Notes under the pieces: model-generated
Databases searched by the model: none
Seen by the model: only the letters and a program-made list of their open reading frames with translations
Told to the model about the DNA's origin: nothing
In this document: piece after piece, positions 33,869 to 43,634 of the stretch
Layout of the letters: every line of letters starts with the position of its first letter
Position numbering within the stretch: the first letter of the stretch is position 1
NCBI GenBank assembly: GCA_026387155.1
Contig: JAPLMF010000019.1
Coordinates: forward strand, 1 to 44,240
DNA: 44,240 bases
Reading direction: 5' to 3'
Origin: Candidatus Omnitrophota bacterium
GTDB lineage: Bacteria > Omnitrophota > Gorgyraeia > 2-01-FULL-45-10
Translations under genes and position numbers: made by a program

Positions 33869-34084
33869 TTACATATTTACCTTAGGCTCCACCTTCTCTT
33901 TGGTTTCTTCCTTCTTTCCCTCTTCCTTCTTCAGCTCTTTCTTCTCTTCTTTCTTTACCTTCTTATCCACTTTCTTTGCCCTATGAGCTATGGGAGTTTT
34001 TTTAACTCCATTAGCGGCATGGGAAGGAACTGTCCAAATAAATAGAGCAATTAAAGCCAAGAACAATACTGATAACTTCTTCAT
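33869..34084 (-). CDS. Small secreted Lys/Glu-rich protein
   Basis: 71 aa with a signal peptide followed by KKEEK repeats. Confidence 0.4.
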   Translation of the reverse strand: MKKLSVLFLALIALFIWTVPSHAANGVKKTPIAHRAKKVDKKVKKEEKKELKKEEGKKEETKEKVEPKVNM

Positions 34085-34129
34085 ACAACCTCCGTTTTTT
34101 ATGAAACTATTTTTTGTTTTTGGGATCTA

Positions 34130-34399
34130 CTATATAGATACTACAGGCGGGGATTTTTCGTACTTTGCCAGATATGAAACGGTATCTTCGATGAATGTCT
34201 TGTCATCGAGTATTCGGTAAGATAGATTGCAGATCGCGGGGCTGGATACAAATAGATCGTAAGAACCATGAATGCTCCCGCTATCACACATAAATTCACC
34301 GGCCAACTCAGGCGCTTCCGAGTATATCCTTATCAGTGGCACAGACAAAAATACTACCGCCACCAGGATTACAGAATTAACAAATGCGGCATTTCTCAT
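34130..34399 (-). CDS. Hypothetical small exported protein
   Basis: 89-aa ORF with an N-terminal hydrophobic segment only. Confidence 0.3.
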   Translation of the reverse strand: MRNAAFVNSVILVAVVFLSVPLIRIYSEAPELAGEFMCDSGSIHGSYDLFVSSPAICNLSYRILDDKTFIEDTVSYLAKYEKSPPVVSI

Positions 34400-34439
34400 G
34401 TCATTATTCTACCACGATAGCGGTGGAACTTATACTCAT

Positions 34440-34826
34440 TTATAATATTTCGACGTCGAAAACCTTTTTATCGGCAGGCGGAACACTTTTCTCCCACGGT
34501 CTTACATATTTAAAGGATATCTTAGACTTTCCGGTGCCTCGGGCTTTAAACTTCCACTCCTCCTTGCCGCCGGATCCGACAAGGTCAGTCTTCTGCGGGA
34601 CATAAACGAGTCCCGCCTGTTTGATCTTATTACCGTCGAGCGGCCGATCGATCTGCCACTGGTACCCGGTAGTTCTGTTGGAAGACAACAGTATTATGAA
34701 TTCATCCCCGACATTGAGTTTGAGTACGCCTGTAGACCGAGCTGCAAGCTTCGAATATAGGTACGCTCCGGCACCGATAACTACTAAAACAATACATAGG
34801 ATAGCAATCAACTTAAGGATCTTCAT
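34440..34826 (-). CDS. Chagasin/ICP-family (I42) cysteine-peptidase inhibitor
   Basis: All three family motifs are present: NRTTGYQW, GSGG and RPWE. It has an N-terminal membrane/signal segment. Confidence 0.8.
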   Translation of the reverse strand: MKILKLIAILCIVLVVIGAGAYLYSKLAARSTGVLKLNVGDEFIILLSSNRTTGYQWQIDRPLDGNKIKQAGLVYVPQKTDLVGSGGKEEWKFKARGTGKSKISFKYVRPWEKSVPPADKKVFDVEIL

Positions 34827-34835
34827 GATAGCCTT

Positions 34836-35204
34836 TTATTTAGAGAATATCATAGATATGGACATAACCAACAAGAATATACCAAAAGCCCTTTTCAAGG
34901 CTATGTTTGTTAGGCTTTCGGCAACATTCGCGCCGAAGAAACTGCCTAGCACAAACCCCAGACATATCAGCAGGGCTATAAATATATGTATATGGCCGCT
35001 TTTGTAATATCGCATGGCCGCGAAGATACCGACAGGCAGAAGAAATATCGCAAGCGTTGTGCCTTGCGCTTCATGCTGTGTGAACCCGGCTAAAAATACG
35101 AGAGCAGGTATTATTATGATCCCACCACCTATTCCGAATAAACCGCTCATCACTCCGGCCAAAACTCCTAATAATATGAACATCATCTCCTTCATCAATA
35201 TCAC
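34836..35204 (-). CDS. TauE/SafE (TSUP) family half-size membrane transporter
   Basis: 122 aa with 4 TM helices and the motif GLFGIGGGIIIIPAL. Confidence 0.65.
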   Translation of the reverse strand: MILMKEMMFILLGVLAGVMSGLFGIGGGIIIIPALVFLAGFTQHEAQGTTLAIFLLPVGIFAAMRYYKSGHIHIFIALLICLGFVLGSFFGANVAESLTNIALKRAFGIFLLVMSISMIFSK

Positions 35205-35237
35205 CCTCCACCCGTATTATATCCCAAAAACACCCAC

Positions 35238-36167
35238 TTACCTGTATTGTTTAATCTTATCCAAAACTTCATCGACGCTTATATCTAAAAGACTATTCTT
35301 TTCTATGACAACGTTACCTTCACCCCACGGGCCCCATCTTTTGGGCCTCTTGCCCGGTATGTCGTTCCTGAACAGAGCGATTACAGGGGTTCGGACAGCG
35401 CAAGCCATGTGAACGGGCCCGCTGTCTCCTGAAATAAGCAGTTTTGACTTCTCAAGCGTTGATGCCAGCTCAACTAATGTTGTTTTACCTGTTACATTCT
35501 TTATGCGCTTATCGAGATTATTGAATATTGCGCTTTTTTGCAGTTCTTCCGGACCGCCTACAATTAAAACATTTGAATTTATTTCTTTTACTATTTTTAA
35601 TGCGAGCTCACGAAAACGTTCTTCCGGCCATTGCTTCACGGAGTCACTCGTCCATGGATGGATGGCAATAACGTCTTCCTTACCAGCAACGTTGCCCATT
35701 TTTAAAGTTAGGTTCTTATCTTCTGTTTCCGCACCGATAACTTTAACCAGATCGAGATTATATTCCACTTCGTGCTTTTGGCTTAGATGCTTTAGATCCT
35801 CTATTTTTTGTGTAAGCAAAAAATCCCATTTATGCGCATAGCCCACTCTCACAGGAATACCGGCCATATAAGCGGCAATATTTGTATCTTTAGACGGATT
35901 CATGATAATAGCAATGTCGATACTCTTCTTTTTTAATAAACTACTGAATCTGACGATCTCAGGCAAAGAATGCTTGCCATTTTTCCAAATTATTATTTCA
36001 TCGGCATAGGCCACTTTTCCGGCTAATTCTTTAACATAAGGATCTACCGCTAAAATTACCTTCGATCCCTTAAAAGTTTCTTTTACTGCCCTGATAGCGG
36101 GAATATTGAGCAGGAACTCGCCGAATCTGTCATTACGCACAATAAGTATATTTTTTTGAGACTTCAT
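35238..36167 (-). CDS. Glycosyltransferase family 9 (heptosyltransferase-like)
   Basis: ILIVRNDRFGEFLLNIPAIRA..., SGDSGPVHMA. Confidence 0.8.
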   Translation of the reverse strand: MKSQKNILIVRNDRFGEFLLNIPAIRAVKETFKGSKVILAVDPYVKELAGKVAYADEIIIWKNGKHSLPEIVRFSSLLKKKSIDIAIIMNPSKDTNIAAYMAGIPVRVGYAHKWDFLLTQKIEDLKHLSQKHEVEYNLDLVKVIGAETEDKNLTLKMGNVAGKEDVIAIHPWTSDSVKQWPEERFRELALKIVKEINSNVLIVGGPEELQKSAIFNNLDKRIKNVTGKTTLVELASTLEKSKLLISGDSGPVHMACAVRTPVIALFRNDIPGKRPKRWGPWGEGNVVIEKNSLLDISVDEVLDKIKQYR

Positions 36168-36185
36168 ACTTTTTAATTACCTTTT

Positions 36186-37322
36186 TTACTTATAAGACTT
36201 GATTATATCTACCGTGGATTTGTCTTCCGGGTAGTAAACACCGTAACCATCGTCGTATCGTCCATAATCATTATGCAACAGGAACCAGAAATTCGTTCCG
36301 GCCATACCATATTCCCTGGTCTTTTCCATAACGAGCCTGTAAAGCTTATCCCTGCCTATGGTATCGCCGTTATTATCGCGATACTCACCGTATTCGAACA
36401 GCACTAAAGGCTTATTCATCTTCTTCGCATCATCGGCATGCATCTTGATCCATTTATCAGCTTCCTCCAGAGTCATACAATAATTGTCCGAGCACGGCCA
36501 CAGGTGAAACGACGCTATATCGATCGTCGATATGGAATGGTTCCTTATGAAGTCGCCGCCTTCTCTGCCGTTAAGCTTCCAGTCATCTTGGTTTGCATTC
36601 ACATAGAAACCTTCGCAGCCGGTGGTGACAAGATGATTTTTATCTAATAATTTTACATAAGAGCTCATATCGCCGATCCACCTATTAAGTATATCCCCGG
36701 AAAAATCCTTCGATACGCGCGGTTCGTTTATGAGCTCCCAGGCAAGTATCGTTGGCTCGTTCTTATATCTTATCCCGGTTATCGTGTTTTGTCGCTCCAG
36801 CACCGCCTTTATATGATCTTTATAATATTGGCGGGTGTTTATATCGGTAAAGAATTCATTATTCTCTTTATTTACCGCTGTCCGGCTCCAATCCAGGTAC
36901 TGTTTTATACCGCCGTAGTCGTTCCAATTATTCCCGAAGCTGAGAACAAGATAAATACCTTTTTCTTTGGCTTTGGCAATAACGTAATCCAGCCCAACGA
37001 ATGTGCTTTCTTCATATGAACCGGGCGAAGCCTGAAGCGCATTCCACTGATGTTTTCCGTTATTGAATGCCCATGTCCTTATAACATTCACTCCCATCTT
37101 CGCGGCATCGGTAAAGATCTCATCCGCCACTTTACGCATATCCGGCTGTACTGAGTAAACCATAAGGTAATAACTATTCGCACCCACATATCTGAACGGC
37201 TTTCCATTCAGGACAAGTTTGGTCCCCTTGGCCTTCACAAAACCTCTCTGACCCTCTCCAGCAAAAACAGTCGAGGTTAGGATTGTGAGTAATAAAAAAA
37301 CACAAAGAAAGCGAGGGTGCAT
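36186..37322 (-). CDS. Secreted glycoside hydrolase family 5 (mannanase/cellulase-like)
   Basis: Signal peptide, VIRTWAF, and AWELINEPR (the acid/base Glu in NEP). Confidence 0.75.
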   Translation of the reverse strand: MHPRFLCVFLLLTILTSTVFAGEGQRGFVKAKGTKLVLNGKPFRYVGANSYYLMVYSVQPDMRKVADEIFTDAAKMGVNVIRTWAFNNGKHQWNALQASPGSYEESTFVGLDYVIAKAKEKGIYLVLSFGNNWNDYGGIKQYLDWSRTAVNKENNEFFTDINTRQYYKDHIKAVLERQNTITGIRYKNEPTILAWELINEPRVSKDFSGDILNRWIGDMSSYVKLLDKNHLVTTGCEGFYVNANQDDWKLNGREGGDFIRNHSISTIDIASFHLWPCSDNYCMTLEEADKWIKMHADDAKKMNKPLVLFEYGEYRDNNGDTIGRDKLYRLVMEKTREYGMAGTNFWFLLHNDYGRYDDGYGVYYPEDKSTVDIIKSYK

Positions 37323-37360
37323 TACGCTTAGAAACTCCTTTTGTCAATTTATTTTGTTTG

Positions 37361-38727
37361 TTAATATCTACTAGCTAGCAGGTTCATTGATCTTTTGATT
37401 TTACTTAATAGCTTTGTAAGCCTTTTACTCCCCAAAACCTTATTCTTTGCTATCGTAACCGGAACTAAATCCCAAAAGTATTTAGCAGAATATGGGATTT
37501 TAATACCACAATGATTTACCATCTTGCGCCATCTATTCAAAGTTTTTATATTATGCTCTTTCGTATAATAATAGACAGCCCCGGACCTAATCCAAATTCT
37601 TTCGTCAAACCTATTTTCTTTGACTAAATCCGCATAAATCTTTGTTCCCGGAAGCACATAAAGCATCGAAGCCCCCGGACCATGCGTTGATCTTATATTT
37701 ATATTTGCGTATTCTATCGTTTCTTTTATTGTTTCCTCGGTTTCACCGGGGGTTCCCACGCAAAAAAATGCTGAGGTAGTCATCTTATCCGTAAACTTAG
37801 CACATATATCGAAGGCCCTCTTGACCATTTCCCTGGTGATCTTCTTATTGATCTTGCCGAGCATCTTCTCCGACAGGGTCTCCACCCCCCCATGATATAT
37901 GCCTGCAGCCGGAATCAGCCAATCTAGCGACCATCTCTTCGTTTACCGGAGTAACGCGACACTGGGCAGCATATTCAACGCCGCTTTTCTTCAATATCTC
38001 TGCAATTCTAATCGTCCTATCTATTCCCAGATTGAATGTGTCGTCATGAAAAAAAATACGCTTTGCCCCCATTCGTTTAACAAGTTCAACTTCTTCCCCG
38101 ATTCTTTCCGGAGAATTCATACGCACGTTCGCAATTAACCGGACAACCGCGAGAAGTTATTAAGTAACCGATCTCTTTTTGTTTAATTTCCTCTGCAACA
38201 TAAGAGTAATCCGGCAATGGTAAATCATCCAAATTTTTAACAAGATTAGAAACCCTGTTTGCTATAATACCGCCGCTTTTATCTTTATACACTAATCCGC
38301 TAATCAAAGACAATTCCCCTCCGGTCTCAAGCGCCTGGCATAACATAGGTAAAGATATTTCTCCTTCAGACTGGATTATGAAATCTACATCATTATAGAA
38401 ATATTTAAAAATCTGCACATAAAGGGTAGCTGGATGAACTCCGCCAAGCACAACAAAAATTTTCTTATCTATTTTCTTTATTTGTTTTAGTAACTTAAAA
38501 GCGCCCTGGCGATTAAAAGAATTAAATGATATTCCAACCAGATCCGGTTTCTTAATTTTTATAGAAGATAGAAATAATCTGATGCTTTTATTAAACTCTT
38601 TTCCGTTGTAGTTATAAACATCGACTTCATGGCGCTTGTTCAAAGAGGCGCAAAGATACGCCAAGCCCAAAGAATAGCCTTTTATATCTAATTCTGAAGT
38701 TGGCGGGTAAACTAGCGCAATTCTCAT
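37361..38727 (-). pseudogene. B12-binding-domain radical SAM protein, broken into three ORFs by two frameshifts
   Basis: The N-terminal fragment ends at TSRGCPVNC and then leaves frame, so the third Cys of CxxxCxxC is absent. The second break lies in a G7 run (C7 on +, 37889-37895). One fewer G would restore ..ISWGVETLSEKML... Confidence 0.7.
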
Positions 38728-38753
38728 CTATCTATTCTCCGGACAACGCATCT

Positions 38754-39926
38754 TCACACCCCCGCTTTCTGACCAAAGTTCAATTTTACTAAAGATATTA
38801 AATTTATCCAGCCGTATGCTGAAATGATCGCGATAAAAGGCATCATTGGCACACGAAATCGTTCACTGACCAGCCACATTATATTGATGATGGAGGCCGC
38901 CAGAAAATATAATATGATAAATAAGTACGATTGAAGATATATATTACGCCTCATTGACGCAATACCCGCAATAAATCCGGTCAGCCAAAAGATCATCCAC
39001 GGATAAGCAAATATCTTCCCGGCAACGGTAAGAATATCCGAATGAAAATACTTAAACGTGCCGGGCCTTGTCATGATAGACATCAGACAGCGAAAAGAAA
39101 CATTGAGGTAATAAGGAATCGGTGTCATCCCCAGGGTGGCAGTATCGGTATTTTTTGCGTAACTACCTATCAAGCCCACCTTGACGGTATTTAGCTGCGA
39201 TATACTGCTAAAAACACCTTCTCCACAATGTACGTAATTTCGGATCTGCCATGCCCCAAGAAGACTATACACTACCACAAAAAAAATCATAGCGTGGATT
39301 AACCCTTTTTTGATGTCTTCCCGCACATTAGCATAGATCATAAAGATAGCCATTGCGGCGCCGAGATAATAGACTATAGGGCGGACATAGGCAGCTGCGA
39401 CCAATATCAAAGCAGCCGATACGACCGTTTTAATTTCTCTATATTTTAAATACCGGGTGAATTCAAGCATAAAAAGAGACATCAGGAATAGAAATAACGC
39501 TTCCGTTAAGATTATTTGCGAAAAGACTGCGATTGGGGGTTCATACAGAATTATGACCATGCTTAGAAAAGCGACCCCAGAGTTGAAACTTGCAGCTGTT
39601 TTGTAAACTATCAAAGCTGCTAATATGGTTAGTGCTATTTGTAAAAAGACAATGCCGCTTAGAGGAATATTCATTTTATTATGAAAAATAGCTAAAAAGA
39701 GCGGGTATCCGGGAGTTCTTAATACTTCATATTTAAGGACGCCGCTTCCATCTTTAGTGGCAAATACACCGTTTGATGCCATCATGGCCGCGGGTTTTAA
39801 ATAATCGGGAGAATCAATTTCGATCTTGCTATCAGGGGTATAAAATTCAGCAAAAGCAAATAAGAGTAATTTTATTATTACAGCGGCAATTACAGCGTAT
39901 AAAAAATAGTGTTTATTTTTTGACAT
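38754..39926 (-). CDS. Polytopic membrane protein, ArnT/PMT-like (GT-C) glycosyltransferase candidate
   Basis: About 390 aa with at least 9 TM helices, in a glycan-biosynthesis neighbourhood. The start is assumed at MSKNKHYF. Confidence 0.45.
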   Translation of the reverse strand: MSKNKHYFLYAVIAAVIIKLLLFAFAEFYTPDSKIEIDSPDYLKPAAMMASNGVFATKDGSGVLKYEVLRTPGYPLFLAIFHNKMNIPLSGIVFLQIALTILAALIVYKTAASFNSGVAFLSMVIILYEPPIAVFSQIILTEALFLFLMSLFMLEFTRYLKYREIKTVVSAALILVAAAYVRPIVYYLGAAMAIFMIYANVREDIKKGLIHAMIFFVVVYSLLGAWQIRNYVHCGEGVFSSISQLNTVKVGLIGSYAKNTDTATLGMTPIPYYLNVSFRCLMSIMTRPGTFKYFHSDILTVAGKIFAYPWMIFWLTGFIAGIASMRRNIYLQSYLFIILYFLAASIINIMWLVSERFRVPMMPFIAIISAYGWINLISLVKLNFGQKAGV

Positions 39927-40002
39927 ACAATGAAGTTTATCATACCGTTGTCCGACCATCAACCTATAAAAGGTGCCTACCTGTGGAATAACACCGGGTT
40001 TC

Positions 40003-40251
40003 TCAGGGCCTAGGCTTGACGCTCATATACAAAGCAAAGCCTACAAGAAGGGTGGCAACTATTAGCTGGTATTTATATTGTCCTACAAATTCAATTCCGG
40101 AAGGGCTATGCCTTATAGGAGTTATCTTAAAGCCATAGCAAGTGGTATAGTAATCAGACCTTTGTCCCATTATAAAAACATCCTGAACAACATCTAACCC
40201 CATAAGAAATATAATTACTATAACAGCGAACCATATAATTATTTTTTCCAT
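40003..40251 (-). CDS. Small membrane protein
   Basis: 82 aa with two hydrophobic helices. Confidence 0.35.
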   Translation of the reverse strand: MEKIIIWFAVIVIIFLMGLDVVQDVFIMGQRSDYYTTCYGFKITPIRHSPSGIEFVGQYKYQLIVATLLVGFALYMSVKPRP

Positions 40252-40281
40252 AACTCTCCTTTATTTTAGCAGCGATATCAC

Positions 40282-40509
40282 CTACTGCTCGCTCCTCCAC
40301 AATTTTATCGCTTGTACAGGAATATTTCCTATCGCTTGGAGAACTTGCTCTAACGCGCCTGGTTTAGGAACACTTGGTTTAGGCTTTTCTGCTTCGTCAT
40401 CAGCATATCTATAAATTACATCGTCTTGAGGAGAATCGAGCGGATAGGAATAACCAGGAAAACCTGAAAAGAAAACTACTAATATAGCTAAAAGAATTAT
40501 CTTCTTCAT
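40282..40509 (-). CDS. Small secreted protein
   Basis: 75 aa with a signal peptide. Confidence 0.35.
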   Translation of the reverse strand: MKKIILLAILVVFFSGFPGYSYPLDSPQDDVIYRYADDEAEKPKPSVPKPGALEQVLQAIGNIPVQAIKLWRSEQ

Positions 40510-40601
40510 ATAACTTTCACCACAATAGGACCCTGTGCCATTTCACTATGCAAAGGATTAATTGTAATTATATCATCCATTTCACCCTTGGTATAGACTT
40601 A

Positions 40602-40737
40602 TTCCACACCGGGGGTGGAATGATGGCAGGATTTATTTATGTAGAGTGCTCTTTGCGAGACGGCAGCAGTTTTCGTTACTTTGTCAATTAGCCGTTCCAT
40701 CCCGGGATGGAATGGCTAATCCACCCCCGGTATGGAT
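40602..40737. repeat. Three related palindromes (TTCCAy-CCCGGG-rTGGAA type) upstream of smpB
   Basis: 40602-40620 ttccacaccgggggtggaa. 40690-40717 agccgttccatcccgggatggaatggct (28 nt, 1 mismatch). 40719-40737 atccacccccggtatggat. Confidence 0.7.
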
Positions 40738-40751
40738 AACATACCCACTTC

Positions 40752-40780
40752 TTGATTTCGGACGGTATCTATGGTATATT
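40752..40780 (+). promoter_or_regulatory. Candidate smpB promoter
   Basis: TTGATT, a 17-nt spacer and TATATT. The -10 element ends 10 nt before the ATG at 40791, which would give a near-leaderless mRNA. Confidence 0.4.
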
Positions 40781-40790
40781 TACAGTCCCT

Positions 40791-41243
40791 ATGAAGGACA
40801 ACTCCGCAGCGTCTAATAGAAAAGCGCGATTCACATATACGATATTGGAGAGCCTCGAGGCGGGTATCGAGCTTAAGGGTACCGAGGTTAAGAGTTTACG
40901 CAGCGGTCAGGCGAGCCTCGCCGACAGCTTCGCGAGGAATGAGGAAGGGGAACTATTTCTCTACAATATGCACATCCCCCCTTATGCTTTCGGGAACAGG
41001 GCTAATGCTGATCCAATAAGGCCGAGGAAACTATTACTTCATAGGAGCCAGATACGCAGGCTTACGGAAGAGGTGGCCCTGAAAAAACTGACGCTCGTGC
41101 CGCTTAAAGTCTACTTCAAGAACGGCATAGCGAAAGTGGAGCTGGCGCTGGCAAAACCGAAGAAACTCTACGACAAGCGCGAAGATATAAAGAAGCGCGA
41201 CAACGACCGCGAGATAAAAAGAAGTCTTTCTGGACGACAATAA
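40791..41243 (+). CDS. smpB: SsrA-binding protein SmpB
   Basis: NRKARFTYTILESLEAGIELKGTEVKSLR and a basic C-terminal tail. The start is chosen at MKDNSAA. Confidence 0.92.
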   Translation: MKDNSAASNRKARFTYTILESLEAGIELKGTEVKSLRSGQASLADSFARNEEGELFLYNMHIPPYAFGNRANADPIRPRKLLLHRSQIRRLTEEVALKKLTLVPLKVYFKNGIAKVELALAKPKKLYDKREDIKKRDNDREIKRSLSGRQ

Positions 41244-41304
41244 GTACCATTCCGGGAAAGAAATTACTTAAACTCGTTCCGTTCCCGGAATGATCAACTA
41301 AAAA

Positions 41305-41717
41305 GGGGGTGAAAGGCTTCGACCCAGGTAAGCAAGGTAAAAGATGCATGTAGAGGATGCTTGGAGGCCTCTCTAAAAACCAGGCAAACATCAAATGCTG
41401 ACAAATACAACGTGCCAGCGACGGTAAATGAGTTACTCAACACCATGCAAGTGGTGCCGAGTGCTTATGTACCGGCAGCGTTAGCTATATAAGCTAACCC
41501 GCCAGCCGGTTTGAGCCTGCGCAACCGGACCTGACGACGATAGCGGGCTGGTCCCGTCCTCACCTCCTTTTGAGAACGGGATGAGAGCACAATAGGATAC
41601 CTTCGCAGGATTTCGCCTGTTAAAGCCTGCGCGGGGAAACCAAAGATCAGGATAAACATGTAGTGTCTTCTACTCTGATGTCTGGGGACGGCGGTTCGAA
41701 TCCGCCCACCTCCACCA
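41305..41717 (+). ncRNA. ssrA: tmRNA (SsrA)
   Basis: 5' GGGGGTGAAAGGCTTCGAC... and 3' ...GGACGGCGGTTCGAATCCGCCCACCTCCACCA. The acceptor stem has a G3:U pair and there is a T-arm. It sits directly downstream of smpB. Confidence 0.92.
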
Positions 41718-41728
41718 AAATAAAAAAC

Positions 41729-41784
41729 GGCCAACCTCAATTTGCACAGTAACTAGCAACTGAGTTTGGCCATTTTTTATTTTC
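41729..41784 (+). terminator. Intrinsic terminator after tmRNA
   Basis: GGCCAACCTCA...TGAGTTTGGCC followed by ATTTTTTATTTT. Confidence 0.7.
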
Positions 41785-41788
41785 CAAA

Positions 41789-41809
41789 GGGGGAAACATT
41801 GTTTCCCCC
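41789..41809 (-). terminator. Tight GC hairpin between convergent genes
   Basis: GGGGGAAACA-T-TGTTTCCCCC is a perfect 10-bp stem, but the single central T is too short to form a loop, so the real hairpin would open several central pairs. There is no clear U-run. Confidence 0.4.
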
Positions 41810-41858
41810 TTCCTTAAAGGAATCAGTGCGCTATAGACGGGATTTCTTTATATGTTAA

Positions 41859-43634
41859 TTACTTCGCGCTGGCGGACTTGGAAATCTCATCGAGGCGGGT
41901 GAGGCGGGAATTGGCGATTTTCGCCAGCTCTATGAATTTGTTTTCACAGATCGATACTGCCGCAACATACTCTTCCCTGGCTTTAGCGAAATCCTTCATC
42001 TTTATATATACATCCCCTATGCGCACATGCAGGAGTGCTATATCTACAGCGCTCCTTGAACGGGCAAGCGCTCTACTGTATTCTCCTATAGCCTTATCAT
42101 ATTTTTTCATAAATTCATAAGTAGCGCCGAGATTTAAATACGCACTCACAAACGTCGGATCTATGGCAATAGAATCCTCGAATTCTCTTATCGCTTCGTC
42201 ATTTCTTCTAAGATTTCCATAAGAGACGCCGAGCAAATTCATAGCCTCCAGATTTCCCGGATCCAATTTAAGCGATTCTGTTAAAAGCTCTGCCGCCTCT
42301 TTGTACTTTTTGGTCTTAACGTAACAGAACCCCAGCGCCGTTTTCGGCGAAGAGTACCCTTTATCCAGCTCGATCGATTTCTTGAGGGCCTTTTCCGCAT
42401 CAAGATAATTCTCGTCCCCCAGATACGCCGCGCCCAGACATGTATATCCCCACGGATTCTGCGGCGAAACTTTTATTACGGACTTCGCCAGAAATACCGA
42501 ATCTCTCCAGTCCCCGTTCCTTACCATCGTAAGAAAGCCGTAGATTATAACTATCGAAACCGCGGCGGCCACTTGTATCGTCTTTCTCTGTTTCCTAAGT
42601 AACACCGCCAGGAGGACACAGAATCCTATCGATGGTATATATAAGAACCTCTCCGCCATCAGGGCTTTCAGCGGCACTATGTTAGTGACCGGTAGTATCG
42701 TTATGAAGCACCAGCATATGAAGAACGAGATCTTTTTCGAACGCTTGAATACCAAAGGTATGGCACCTAGCGAAACTAAAAAAATCGCCAAACCCAAGAG
42801 AACCTTCGGGTGAAATACTGTAGTATAGACTTTCGTTATATAGAAAGCGCATTGGTTCACAGGCAATAGCAGTATCTTGAGATAATCGAGAAATGAAACC
42901 GTCATCGAAAGGAACGTATAATATGGATTATCTCCCCACCATCCGCACTGGCTTACGCGCTTTAAGACAAACGCTCTCATTAAGATGAATACCGCGACGA
43001 TGGTAAAGTACGGTATATATTTGTATATCTTACGCCTGAGAGGCTCTTTTTTCGGAAAATGTATATCGTAGGCCACAAGCAGGATCGGCAGCGTAACGGC
43101 CATCTCTTTTGAAAAAAGCGAAACGGCAAAAAGGACTAGTGAGGGCAATATCTTCCCGCGTATGTACAGAAGGAGGGCTGAAAGATAAAAGAATAGAAAC
43201 AGCACGCTCGATCGGCCGGATATCCACGAGACGACCTCGGTCTCCACGGGATGGAGCGCGAAGAAGAGGCTCGCGAACATCGCTATCCATATATCGCCGA
43301 ATAGAGCATACAGAAATATACATAAGAGTATGGCGTTAAATGAATGGAAAAGGACATTAACGAGATGATATCCAAAAGCATTCAGCTTACAGAGTAGGTA
43401 ATCGATGGCAAAAGATAGGGTGGTTACCGGCCTGTAGACGTCCATCGACAGGTCCGCAAAAGCTACCGCCGAACGGTTGGAAAAAAAATCGGGGATGTTC
43501 CTGAGCGACTTTACATTGACGTTCTTAACTATAAAATATTCGTCGTCCGATACGAACTTCCCGCCGAGCGAATTCGAGTAAACTACGAGCGTTAAAAAAA
43601 ATATAAGAAGTATCGCTTTTGTCCGGTCGCTCAT
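41859..43634 (-). CDS. Polytopic membrane protein with C-terminal TPR repeats (TMTC/PMT_2-like glycosyltransferase candidate)
   Basis: About 10 TM helices, then TPR-like repeats (...AYLGDENYLDAEKALKKSIELD...). The start at MSDRTKA (43634) overlaps the upstream stop (ATGA). Confidence 0.6.
   Translation of the reverse strand: MSDRTKAILLIFFLTLVVYSNSLGGKFVSDDEYFIVKNVNVKSLRNIPDFFSNRSAVAFADLSMDVYRPVTTLSFAIDYLLCKLNAFGYHLVNVLFHSFNAILLCIFLYALFGDIWIAMFASLFFALHPVETEVVSWISGRSSVLFLFFYLSALLLYIRGKILPSLVLFAVSLFSKEMAVTLPILLVAYDIHFPKKEPLRRKIYKYIPYFTIVAVFILMRAFVLKRVSQCGWWGDNPYYTFLSMTVSFLDYLKILLLPVNQCAFYITKVYTTVFHPKVLLGLAIFLVSLGAIPLVFKRSKKISFFICWCFITILPVTNIVPLKALMAERFLYIPSIGFCVLLAVLLRKQRKTIQVAAAVSIVIIYGFLTMVRNGDWRDSVFLAKSVIKVSPQNPWGYTCLGAAYLGDENYLDAEKALKKSIELDKGYSSPKTALGFCYVKTKKYKEAAELLTESLKLDPGNLEAMNLLGVSYGNLRRNDEAIREFEDSIAIDPTFVSAYLNLGATYEFMKKYDKAIGEYSRALARSRSAVDIALLHVRIGDVYIKMKDFAKAREEYVAAVSICENKFIELAKIANSRLTRLDEISKSASAK

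Noticed and set aside
41116-41740. ORFs 41116-41394 and 41465-41740 (minus strand)
   Set aside because: They lie antisense over the smpB 3' end and the tmRNA gene. The tmRNA assignment explains the region.
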